Positions 19,200 to 27,641 of a stretch of 64,000 bases of DNA are shown one piece after another. The translations under genes and the position numbers were made by a program. Under the pieces are notes generated by a model, which searched no databases, was not told the DNA's origin, and saw nothing but the letters and a program-made list of their open reading frames with translations. Origin of the DNA: Minisyncoccota bacterium (GTDB lineage Bacteria; Patescibacteriota; Minisyncoccia; RBG-13-40-8-A); NCBI GenBank assembly GCA_035528175.1, contig DATKZC010000025.1:431-64430 (forward strand). Direction: 5' to 3'. Every line of letters starts with the position of its first letter. The stretch's first letter is position 1.

Positions 19200-19296
19200 T
19201 GTTTCCTCCTTTGTTTTTTTATTGTAATTTAAAACTGATAATAATCAGTTTTATGACTATTATCAGCTTAGCACATACAATTATTTTTGTCAATGG
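19200..19296 (-). promoter_or_regulatory. Promoter, perfect palindrome and SD for the small membrane-protein gene
   Basis: On the minus strand: TTGACA (plus coordinates 19288-19293), about 18-nt spacer, TAAGCT. The perfect 9-bp/4-nt-loop palindrome AAAACTGAT-AATA-ATCAGTTTT (19231-19252) is followed by a third TGATAATAG half-site (19255-19267), then the AAAGGAGGA SD. Confidence 0.5.
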
Positions 19297-19689
19297 TTAT
19301 TCTTTTTCCTCCTCTACTACTTTGTCCTCTCGATTAGAAGCAAAAATATATGCTTCATGAACCAAGGAACCATTAATCTGTGTATCCTCTGATATTTTGG
19401 TTTCGGATTTAAAGTCTAATAACGCTTGTATTATATGATCTTCTTTTCGAAAAATCCCAATTCGTGCTATGGATTTTCTTTCTTCTGAATCAAGATGACC
19501 ATCTAATAATCCTTTCGTAAATTTAAATATTTCTCCTCTATTTGCTTCTGTAGCCCAAGAAGCACATAATATAACCGTCCATTTGTCTGTTAATTCATCT
19601 ATTTTCATAATCGCAAATAAAACAACATCACCTTTTGAGGCTTTAATCTCGGATAATATCTTCTGAAATTTTTCTGTTATATTTCCCAT
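19297..19689 (-). CDS. Unknown 130-aa protein, downstream partner of the HEPN-like gene, ending in an acidic tail
   Basis: 13-bp overlap with the upstream gene. No GS...DxD nucleotidyltransferase motif. C-terminal EDKVVEEEKE. Confidence 0.35.
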   Translation of the reverse strand: MGNITEKFQKILSEIKASKGDVVLFAIMKIDELTDKWTVILCASWATEANRGEIFKFTKGLLDGHLDSEERKSIARIGIFRKEDHIIQALLDFKSETKISEDTQINGSLVHEAYIFASNREDKVVEEEKE

Positions 19690-20117
19690 TGTTTTTTTAT
19701 ACGATTAATTAAATTTTTAAGATTATTATGCACCCTAGCTGTTTTAATCTCATCCCAACCAGGATCTAAAGTATATCTTAATGTAGGCCAATTTCCATGA
19801 AACTCCTGTGTGAATCCTGACCAATCTTCATATAACTCTCCATCGTAGCCCAAAACATCTACCATACCGGATAATATTAATAAGGTTTCAAATTCGTGAG
19901 CTCTAAAAAAGGTAGGTATTTTTTCAGACGAAAAATTTTTTTGAGGACAATCTGGATAATCAGATAAGTGAAGAGTTTTACAAATAACTGCCTTTAGAGC
20001 ACATTCTAATGCATAGCCCATCATATATGCAGCCATGCCCCAATCCTTTGCAGATATAAGTGTATTAATTGTCGTTAATCGAGCATCTGTAATATTGCGA
20101 AGATCTTGTGATGTCAT
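19677..20117 (-). CDS. HEPN-like domain protein
   Basis: AKDWGMAAYMMGYALECALKAVI resembles the first HEPN helix (A..EkalKA). Later FRAHEFETLLIL (H.L..L) and NWPTLRYTLDP (R-Y-x-x-P C-terminal HEPN signature). By-eye assignment only. Confidence 0.45.
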   Translation of the reverse strand: MTSQDLRNITDARLTTINTLISAKDWGMAAYMMGYALECALKAVICKTLHLSDYPDCPQKNFSSEKIPTFFRAHEFETLLILSGMVDVLGYDGELYEDWSGFTQEFHGNWPTLRYTLDPGWDEIKTARVHNNLKNLINRIKKQWEI

Positions 20118-20160
20118 TTACTATTATACTATGAATAAATAATAAAGAAAATTGAACCTT

Positions 20161-21702
20161 CTACTTTTTTTTGTCTTCCCCTACTGCTTTTTTGATTGCT
20201 TCACGAATGCCAACAAGGTCAATTTCCGGCTTTTGTTTTTTAATCGGCTGAGATTGAGTATTTGGTTTTTTCTCTCTTTCTTTTTGTAAACAGGACGAAC
20301 AATAAACCGGCCTTACTCCATCTGGTTTAAAAGCAACTTTGGTTTTTTTGCCGCAATCAGAACAAACTGCCTCAAATTTTTTCGCTTCTTCTTCTGTTTC
20401 TGCCACTTCACTCCATCTAGCAATTTTTTCTTCCACTGCTTTTCGCGATATGGTATATCTTTCGCGGGAGAGTTTAATAATTTTATCCTCAAAAGATTTT
20501 TTAGGAACCGTAGATGGAGCCATGGTCTGAGCGCTGAAAGCCCGAGAAGCAACACCATCAATCATTAGTTTTAAATAAATAGTATACTTTGTTAAATTGA
20601 CTAAATCATCGGCAATAAATACTGGCAGAAATTCCCTTTCCAAAAACTCGGCATCATCTGCGCCAACACGGAAAGTAATCAGAGTTCCGACATTGCCGAA
20701 AATCGCATCTCTTACTTTAGTATTTTTGCCTTTATCGCCCATAGAATCTAATTGAGCAACATATTGATGGGCTAAAGTCAGACAGAGATGATATTTTCTG
20801 GCCTCAGAAAGAATGCTCGCAAATGCGTCTGTGGCAAAAGTTTGGAATTCATCAACATAAAGATAAAAATCTTTTCTTTCGTGTTCAAGCACATCCACCC
20901 TACTCATAGCCGCAAGTTGTAATTTGGTTATTACCAAAGCTCCCAACAACTGACTGGCGTCCTCACCAACTCTACCTTTTGAAAGATTGACAATTAAAAT
21001 CTTCCCTTGGTCCATTATCTCCCGCATATCAATTGACGACTTAACTTGTCCGATAATATTCCTGATTAAGGGAGTAGAAATAAATTGCCCGACCTTATTT
21101 TGAATCGGCGCTACTGCTTCTTCCCTGAATCGGTCAGGATATTTGGCAAATTCATTTGTCCAAAACGCTTTTACGCTGGGATCAGTAACCTTTTCCAGAA
21201 CTTTTTGGCGATAATCCTTGTCAGCTAAAAGACGATTAACACCCAAAAGAGTTGAGCCGGGATATTCCAGTAATGATAAAATCGCATTTCTTAAAATATA
21301 TTCCATCCTTGCGCTCCAAACATCAGGCCAGATTTTCTTAAATACGCCCATTAAACCAGAAACAACCAAATGACGGTATTCTGGCTCAACATTCTCCATA
21401 ATATTAAAAGTAATAGGATATTCCAAATCAGCAGGATTGAAATAAATTATATCATTCACCCTGTTAGACGGAACAAAATCAAGCATTGTTTCCGCAAAAT
21501 CTCCATGCGGATCAACAATTGCTACGCCATGCCCATTTTGGATATCTTGAATTGCCATATTTTTCAGAAGTTCTGATTTCCCTGTACCGGTTTTACCAAC
21601 GACATAGACATGCTGGCGCCTGTCTTTTGTTTTTATGCCAAATTTTGTCCGTTTGTTGCGGAAATTTGTTTCGCCTAAAATTGTTATTTCGTTTTCAATC
21701 AT
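20161..21702 (-). CDS. TraD/TraG/VirD4-like P-loop ATPase with a C-terminal zinc ribbon, stand-alone
   Basis: YVVGKTGTGKSE Walker A, VDPHGDF, YLYVDEFQTF Walker B, TLAHQY...FGNVGTLITFRVGADDAEFL. The C-terminal CSDCGKKTKVAFKPDGVRPVYCSSC is a CxxC-x17-CxxC ribbon. Confidence 0.6.
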   Translation of the reverse strand: MIENEITILGETNFRNKRTKFGIKTKDRRQHVYVVGKTGTGKSELLKNMAIQDIQNGHGVAIVDPHGDFAETMLDFVPSNRVNDIIYFNPADLEYPITFNIMENVEPEYRHLVVSGLMGVFKKIWPDVWSARMEYILRNAILSLLEYPGSTLLGVNRLLADKDYRQKVLEKVTDPSVKAFWTNEFAKYPDRFREEAVAPIQNKVGQFISTPLIRNIIGQVKSSIDMREIMDQGKILIVNLSKGRVGEDASQLLGALVITKLQLAAMSRVDVLEHERKDFYLYVDEFQTFATDAFASILSEARKYHLCLTLAHQYVAQLDSMGDKGKNTKVRDAIFGNVGTLITFRVGADDAEFLEREFLPVFIADDLVNLTKYTIYLKLMIDGVASRAFSAQTMAPSTVPKKSFEDKIIKLSRERYTISRKAVEEKIARWSEVAETEEEAKKFEAVCSDCGKKTKVAFKPDGVRPVYCSSCLQKEREKKPNTQSQPIKKQKPEIDLVGIREAIKKAVGEDKKK

Positions 21703-21703
21703 A

Positions 21704-22993
21704 TTATTGGACTATAGGAAGCTCGCTGGGCGGTCCGCCTTTCTTGGCTTCAATCTTAGATAATCTTTCAGCTTCAACAAACTTCCCAGGAAGATGGAAA
21801 ATTGTTGCCAGTTCCTCAATATTAAAAACAAATCCCCTAGTTTTGAGCTTATGAAACGGAAAAAATCTTTTCTTGAAAATACCCACAAAAAATCTTCTCT
21901 GTCCCGGCTCTCTTTTTCTTTTAAAGATTTTCCCCCTTCCAGGAGTGGATTTTTTATTGATTTTAAAACCATTTAGATTTTGGGTATTAAATTGTCTGAA
22001 AAATCCAGCTACTACTGTTGGCTTGTCCTTGGAAAAAAGATCTTTAGGCGCCCAATACATAAATCTTATCATTGTTTTAAATCCTATTTTTCCAATATTC
22101 CTTTCAATTGCCAAAACAACTTCTTTCTGACCTGGGGTTAAAAACGGCATAACTTTTTCGACTTTCTTTTCCCCGCCAACAGCACCCTCCTCGCCCCCCA
22201 AGCCAAAAAATCTTGCAATACCCTGACCCAACGCTTCAAGCCAGCTTCTAGCTTCTTCCACTATCATTAATCCTTTCTTGCTTTCTTTTACTTCTTTGCC
22301 AATTATATTTCCAACCAAATTTTCCCCATCTTTTATCCATTGTTTATCGGTAACTGGACTGATTGGGCTGATTAAGATATGAATGGCAATGCTTTCTTTC
22401 GGATTCAAGCTGCTTAAAAATTCAAAAAGTCCGGCAATGGGGTCAGTTCTTTCTTCTGCTTCTTTTTCCTCAAAAAACACCGGATAAGTCCTAATAGGAT
22501 AAGCATCCTGCTTGGTTAAAATCAATTCTGTGCCCCAGGCATCAAAATCCGCGGTCGGAGTGCCGGGCGGAATACTGTTTATATAATCCTCCGCATCTAT
22601 TATTTCTGCTTGTGGGTATTGGGCGTAAAGATGTGATTCAACAAGATTTCTGTATTTTGCTTCGGTTCTGATATAAAAATGGATCTCCCCGCCATGCCCA
22701 AGCATTTCAATGCTAAACCATGGAGGAAGGTCGCCTTTTATATATTTCTCTTTAAATTTTCTCCCCTTTTCAGCAGCGTGCAAGCCAGCAAAAAACTGCT
22801 CCATGGCTTTCGGCGTTTTAATTAGATCTCTAGGAAATTTTACTTCCAAAATAATCCATTCCAAACCTCGTATATATTTAACAATAAGATAATTCACCCA
22901 GAGATGCTTTAAGAATAAAAAAAGAGCTATTGGTGCGATAATCCACCAATAACTCACAAATATATCCCTATAAATATTAAGGATTTCAGTCAT
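21704..22993 (-). CDS. Membrane-anchored partner protein of the TraD/VirD4-like ATPase
   Basis: N-terminal TM pair, then a soluble domain with the same outline as the N-terminal 380 aa of the fused 817-aa protein (EVKFPRD / LIKIPRET, HFYIRTEAKY / SFYLAAPKKY). A 1-bp gap separates it from the ATPase gene. Confidence 0.5.
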   Translation of the reverse strand: MTEILNIYRDIFVSYWWIIAPIALFLFLKHLWVNYLIVKYIRGLEWIILEVKFPRDLIKTPKAMEQFFAGLHAAEKGRKFKEKYIKGDLPPWFSIEMLGHGGEIHFYIRTEAKYRNLVESHLYAQYPQAEIIDAEDYINSIPPGTPTADFDAWGTELILTKQDAYPIRTYPVFFEEKEAEERTDPIAGLFEFLSSLNPKESIAIHILISPISPVTDKQWIKDGENLVGNIIGKEVKESKKGLMIVEEARSWLEALGQGIARFFGLGGEEGAVGGEKKVEKVMPFLTPGQKEVVLAIERNIGKIGFKTMIRFMYWAPKDLFSKDKPTVVAGFFRQFNTQNLNGFKINKKSTPGRGKIFKRKREPGQRRFFVGIFKKRFFPFHKLKTRGFVFNIEELATIFHLPGKFVEAERLSKIEAKKGGPPSELPIVQ

Positions 22994-23025
22994 GAAATAG
23001 TTAAATTGCTTGTTTTAAGGCTGTT

Positions 23026-24066
23026 TTAAGCTAAAATATATTTTCCATTTTCCAATCTCTTTACTTTTGGAGATCGGTGAAGGTTCAAAATGATTGTATT
23101 TGGCCTCACCTGCCGTTTTGCCAGAACAGAATCAATAATTTCTTTCCTGGTTAACGGTTTTTTGTTTTCAACTAAAGTCTTTTGAATCACTTCCTCCACT
23201 GTTCCCGATTCATAACCCCAATCAGTAAGAGCATAGGTTCCTCTTCCTACTAAAATAAATCTTGGGTCTTTTATTAATTCATTATGAACAGTCTGAGTAT
23301 AAGCCGGCTTATCTACGAATATCTTATTTATCAACTCAGTAATAGCAGTAAAATGGCGAGGTTCGCCTTCTTTTTTAAGGATTAAATAGGCGCGGTCTTT
23401 TACTCCCTGCGGAGAAATCTCCGGCCAATAATTTAAACCAATTTCTCCGAAAATATTTTTGTTAATTTCTCTAGAGATTTCCAAAACAACAGAAAACATT
23501 TTTGGGGGAATATTGGAATGCTTCCTGGAAAGTAAATCAAAAACTTCTGATTCATGAAAAACTTTATCGTGCTTCTTAAAATGGTCAATTAAAAAATCAA
23601 TAATTTCCTTGGCTTTCTGACGGGCAGATTTGTGAGCAACCCAGTAAGGATGGAATTTTTCATCTCTGGCTATTCTTTCGAACGGCTCGCCCAATGTCAA
23701 TGCTAAATAAATATAACCCCTTGAAGTATGGGGTTCGGTTGTTCCAGTTGCAGCATGATACAAATAATTCTCCCCCATAATATGGCCGTGCGCGAAAAAT
23801 AAATCATTCAAATAATCGAAAGCTGCCTCAAAAAATGGCAGAACTTTTTCTGATTTAAGAATTTTTATCCCATTTTCTTCTAATTGCCTAACTCTTTCCC
23901 TGGTTATACCATGGTTTTGGCCAATAGCTTCCAGGGTTTCGCTTTTACCGTTCTTTAACCCAAATCGACGCTCAATAACCTCTCTGACCCTCGGGTTGCT
24001 CAAATATAAAAGCGCCTTTTCTATTTTTTTAGAAATATCTTTAGAAATTGTTGATTTCTTGTTCAT
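23026..24066 (-). CDS. Two-domain DNA-binding protein: sigma-70 region 4 HTH plus a C-terminal HARE-HTH-like winged helix
   Basis: N-terminal VREVIERRFGLKNGKSETLEAIGQNHGITRERVRQLEENGIKILK is a textbook sigma-70 region 4.2. The C-terminal FILVGRGTYALTDWGY matches the HARE-HTH GRG.Y.L..W pattern. No sigma region 2 or 3. Confidence 0.5.
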   Translation of the reverse strand: MNKKSTISKDISKKIEKALLYLSNPRVREVIERRFGLKNGKSETLEAIGQNHGITRERVRQLEENGIKILKSEKVLPFFEAAFDYLNDLFFAHGHIMGENYLYHAATGTTEPHTSRGYIYLALTLGEPFERIARDEKFHPYWVAHKSARQKAKEIIDFLIDHFKKHDKVFHESEVFDLLSRKHSNIPPKMFSVVLEISREINKNIFGEIGLNYWPEISPQGVKDRAYLILKKEGEPRHFTAITELINKIFVDKPAYTQTVHNELIKDPRFILVGRGTYALTDWGYESGTVEEVIQKTLVENKKPLTRKEIIDSVLAKRQVRPNTIILNLHRSPKVKRLENGKYILA

Positions 24067-24111
24067 ATGTTTATTCTTATAAGATTAATATACTACATTA
24101 AAAATTGTCTG

Positions 24112-25014
24112 TCAAGAACCAATTCTTTTTCTACCCCAACTTATCAATAAAGCGCTAGCAATGAAAAGCGAAGTATATGTCCCTACAACAATTCCGATTA
24201 TCAATGTCAATGAAAAATATTTCAGCGTTTCGCCTCCTAAAAAGAATATAGAAAAAAGAACCAAAAGCGTGCAAAAACCAGTACTAAGCGAACGGCTAAT
24301 TACCTGATTCAAGCTTTGATTTATTGTCCCAGCAAAATCTTCCGACCTTGTTCTTAAAATATTTTCTCTTACCCTATCAAAAACAATTACCTTATCATTC
24401 ATGGTATAACCCAAAATAGTAAGCAAAGCAGCCACAATCGGTATATTAAATTGAACATTATTGAATTTTCCGAGCAAAATCAAAACAAAAACCGGAATAA
24501 TAACATCAATTGCCAGGGTAATAATCGAAACCAGCCCGTATTGCCAGCCGCTGATTGGCCAGGAAAGCTTTCTGAACGCAACAGCAATATAAATAAGCAA
24601 TGAAATCAAGGAAATGACTATCAGGGTAATTGTTTTGTTGCGCAGCTCCTTACCTATTGTCGGGCCAATACTCTCAAATCTTCCTTCCTCAACTTTTGAA
24701 ATTTCATTCAAACTGGATAACATCTGCTGATGGACATTTTCATCAATATCTTTAAATCTCAAAATAATGCCTTTTTCTCCTGTTGGCTGTATAATAATTT
24801 CACCTAAATCAAATTTATTTAATTTTTCCTGAATAATAGCATTATCCGGCCTATTCTCAAATTGAAATTCCCAAATTGTCCCACCCAAAAAATCAATTCC
24901 AAGATTCAATCCCAAAATAAATAGACAGGCTATGCTGGCAATAATAAGAATACTAATCAAGAAGTAATGTATTTTATAATATTTTACAAAGGGAAAATTC
25001 ATATTTATAGCCAA
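24112..25014 (-). CDS. secF: Protein translocase subunit SecF
   Basis: LGLNLGIDFLGGTIWEF and a 6-TM SecD/F fold. Its stop overlaps secD. Confidence 0.85.
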   Translation of the reverse strand: MAINMNFPFVKYYKIHYFLISILIIASIACLFILGLNLGIDFLGGTIWEFQFENRPDNAIIQEKLNKFDLGEIIIQPTGEKGIILRFKDIDENVHQQMLSSLNEISKVEEGRFESIGPTIGKELRNKTITLIVISLISLLIYIAVAFRKLSWPISGWQYGLVSIITLAIDVIIPVFVLILLGKFNNVQFNIPIVAALLTILGYTMNDKVIVFDRVRENILRTRSEDFAGTINQSLNQVISRSLSTGFCTLLVLFSIFFLGGETLKYFSLTLIIGIVVGTYTSLFIASALLISWGRKRIGS

Positions 25015-26354
25015 AGCTTTTTAATTTTCTCTCCATTTATGCTGAAGAAAAACTTAATTAAATAATTGGTGATTACGATTGCTGAAAACATGTTCACTAA
25101 ATTACCAACAACCAAAGTAAGGGCGAATCCTTTAACAAAACTAGTGCCGAAAATAAATAAAATCAAACCAACCAAGATGGTGGTAAAATTTCCGTCCCTA
25201 ATCGAAGGCCATGCTCTCTTAACGCCATTAGTCAAAGCATCCAGATAATTCCTTCCATTCTTTAATTCCTCTTTAGTTCTAGAAAATATCAAAATGTTGG
25301 CATCAACAGCCATGCCCATTGAAAGCAAAAAACCAGCAATGCCAGCTAGAGTAAGAGTTACTGGCACTAATTTAAAAACAGCCAAAAGCAATAGAACATA
25401 AATTATCAGAGAAATGGAAGCAAAAAATCCGCTCAAGCGGTAGGAAATAATCATAAATAAGAGTATTGCCAAAAATCCGATTATTCCCGCTTTCAAACTC
25501 TTGGTCAGAGAATCGTGCCCTAAAGAAGCTCCGATGCTCTGCTGACCGATTAAGTTAATCGGCACTGGCAAGGCTCCGGTATTTAATCTTTCAGCCAATT
25601 GCTTAGCTTCTTTCTGGGTAAATTGTCCGCTAATCTGAGCTTTGCCGCTCGGAATTTCTTCATTCACAACCGGAATACTGATTGGCGCCCCATCCAGATA
25701 AATAGCTAATCTTTTGCCTATGTTTTTCTTGGTCAAATCAGCAAAAATTTTCGCACCTTCATTATCAAACTCCAAAGTGACATATGGCTGATAAGTAGTC
25801 TGATCAAATTCCAATTGTGCGCTTTTCAAAAATCTGCCGGTCAAAGAAGTATTTGTAAAATCTGTTCCATCTGCATTTTCTTCTTTAAATTCCAGATACG
25901 GAGTTCCACCAATCATTTCAATTGCTTCAGCGACATCTCTAACTCCAGGCAGTTCTATAATCAGACGGTTGGAGTCCCCTACTTTATTAATCTGGACTAA
26001 TGGCTCGGCAACGCCGAATAGATTCACCCTCCTTTCAATTAAATCTCTAATTCCGTCCATAGATGAATCTCTATCTATCTCTCCTATTCCAGCAAGGTTC
26101 GCTTCATAAACTAAATGCGTCCCGCCTTGTAAATCCAGTCCTAATCTGAATGGTAATTTGTAAAACTCTGGAAGATTGAATCCAATTTGAGAATTCACCC
26201 AATTGACTGCCTTATCCCATAATACTGGATAATCCAGGGAGCCAGCTAAAACAAGTAAAATAAAAATCCCCAGCACAATCAGCCGGATTTTACTTTTTTC
26301 TTTGGCCGCATAATTCCCCTTTTCAACTGTTTGTTTTCTGTCTATAAAAGCCAT
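25005..26354 (-). CDS. secD: Protein translocase subunit SecD
   Basis: LGLDLQGGTHLVYEA periplasmic-domain signature and a C-terminal 6-TM domain. Confidence 0.85.
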   Translation of the reverse strand: MAFIDRKQTVEKGNYAAKEKSKIRLIVLGIFILLVLAGSLDYPVLWDKAVNWVNSQIGFNLPEFYKLPFRLGLDLQGGTHLVYEANLAGIGEIDRDSSMDGIRDLIERRVNLFGVAEPLVQINKVGDSNRLIIELPGVRDVAEAIEMIGGTPYLEFKEENADGTDFTNTSLTGRFLKSAQLEFDQTTYQPYVTLEFDNEGAKIFADLTKKNIGKRLAIYLDGAPISIPVVNEEIPSGKAQISGQFTQKEAKQLAERLNTGALPVPINLIGQQSIGASLGHDSLTKSLKAGIIGFLAILLFMIISYRLSGFFASISLIIYVLLLLAVFKLVPVTLTLAGIAGFLLSMGMAVDANILIFSRTKEELKNGRNYLDALTNGVKRAWPSIRDGNFTTILVGLILFIFGTSFVKGFALTLVVGNLVNMFSAIVITNYLIKFFFSINGEKIKKLWL

Positions 26355-26400
26355 GAAATTTTATTGTAAAGCAAAAAATTATTTTTGTAAAGTTTCGCAT

Positions 26401-27327
26401 TTATTTTCCGCGACGCTTCTTCTCAATGAAATAATCTCTCATTAATATTGCTCCTTCATCCTGCGTATCTTTGGCTTCACAAATTACAACAGGATTCAAA
26501 CCTCTTTTTAAGATAGCGTCAATAAAGGGTTCGACCTGAGGATAATATCTATCATCATTATAATAGTCATCTTTTGAAAAAGCTAATTGATTACCTTTTG
26601 TTTTATCAGAAAATGCCTTATGACCCTTCTCTCCGGTATGATCTATTCCTACTGGATACATATGAAAATGACATTGTTTTAACATTTTCTTGCCCAAATG
26701 TTTTTCAATAGTGTCAAAAATGTTCAATATGTCTTCGGGAGCTTTTAAAATTCCTCCTTCGCGTGCATGCAAGTGTGCCAGATCTAGACAAGGTCTTGCA
26801 AAGTTGACCTTGTTACAAATTTCTATAATCTCCATTAACGACCCTAATTGATTTACCTTGCCTGATATTTCAGGATATATCTTAATTTTTTCTGTCGGCA
26901 AGTCGTCCTTAATTTCATTTAGATTTTGAATAAGTTTATCTAGTCCTGCTTTTCTATCATTATCAGAAGTGCCTGGAAAGTGTCCTGGATGAAAAATTAT
27001 TCTCTGCGAGTTTATTAGTTCTGCCAGATGAAATGCTTTTTTAATTCTCTCTTGGGATCTTTTTACTATTTCTTTGTCCTTGCTTGCAAGAGTAATGTAA
27101 TAAGGGGCATGAATTGAAATTCCAATTTTATATCGCGAGGCTAATTCTCTATATTTAATAGCTTGCTCATCAGGCATCTTAATTCCGTAAGTATTCTGTA
27201 ATTCAATCCAATTCAAACCAAGAAAATTTAACCATTGAAAAATATTTTCTCGCTTATTTTTAAAATCACTTTTAAAAAAATTCGGGGGGAAACCAGCAAC
27301 GCCAAATTTAACTTCGGGTTCAGGCAT
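26401..27327 (-). CDS. nfo: AP endonuclease family 2 (endonuclease IV-like TIM barrel) with a C-terminal extension
   Basis: HAPYYITLAS (Endo IV: HAPYLINLA), IFHPGHF, and CLDLAHLHA metal-binding His/Asp pattern. Confidence 0.55.
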   Translation of the reverse strand: MPEPEVKFGVAGFPPNFFKSDFKNKRENIFQWLNFLGLNWIELQNTYGIKMPDEQAIKYRELASRYKIGISIHAPYYITLASKDKEIVKRSQERIKKAFHLAELINSQRIIFHPGHFPGTSDNDRKAGLDKLIQNLNEIKDDLPTEKIKIYPEISGKVNQLGSLMEIIEICNKVNFARPCLDLAHLHAREGGILKAPEDILNIFDTIEKHLGKKMLKQCHFHMYPVGIDHTGEKGHKAFSDKTKGNQLAFSKDDYYNDDRYYPQVEPFIDAILKRGLNPVVICEAKDTQDEGAILMRDYFIEKKRRGK

Positions 27328-27353
27328 ATTTATAACAATTTATTTTGCATTTT

Positions 27354-27563
27354 TTATTTCTTGATATAATCAAATCTCGGGATTTTTTTGCCATCTATTT
27401 CAACTTCTTCCAAAAACATTTTTAAAGGGCGTACCCAAATCTGATTGTCGCCATATAATGCCCGATACATAACCATATCTTCTTGCGTTTCACTATGCTT
27501 GGCTATACCAATCACCTCGTATTCATTTCCTTTATAATGTTTATATTTCCCTAATTTAATCAT
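27354..27563 (-). CDS. DUF1653-family small protein
   Basis: YKHYKGNEYEVIGIAKHSETQEDMVMYRALYGD matches the DUF1653 core. Confidence 0.55.
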   Translation of the reverse strand: MIKLGKYKHYKGNEYEVIGIAKHSETQEDMVMYRALYGDNQIWVRPLKMFLEEVEIDGKKIPRFDYIKK

Positions 27564-27641
27564 ATTATTTTTGCTACAATATTTTTATTCCTCTTAGCTC
27601 GAAATTTGACAATTATTCAAGATGGGATTAATATAAAATCA

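Noticed and set aside
19297-19689. MNT (minimal nucleotidyltransferase) assignment for the partner of the HEPN-like gene
   Set aside because: No GS-x(9-13)-DxD motif could be found, and the gene order (HEPN first) is opposite to canonical HEPN-MNT pairs.
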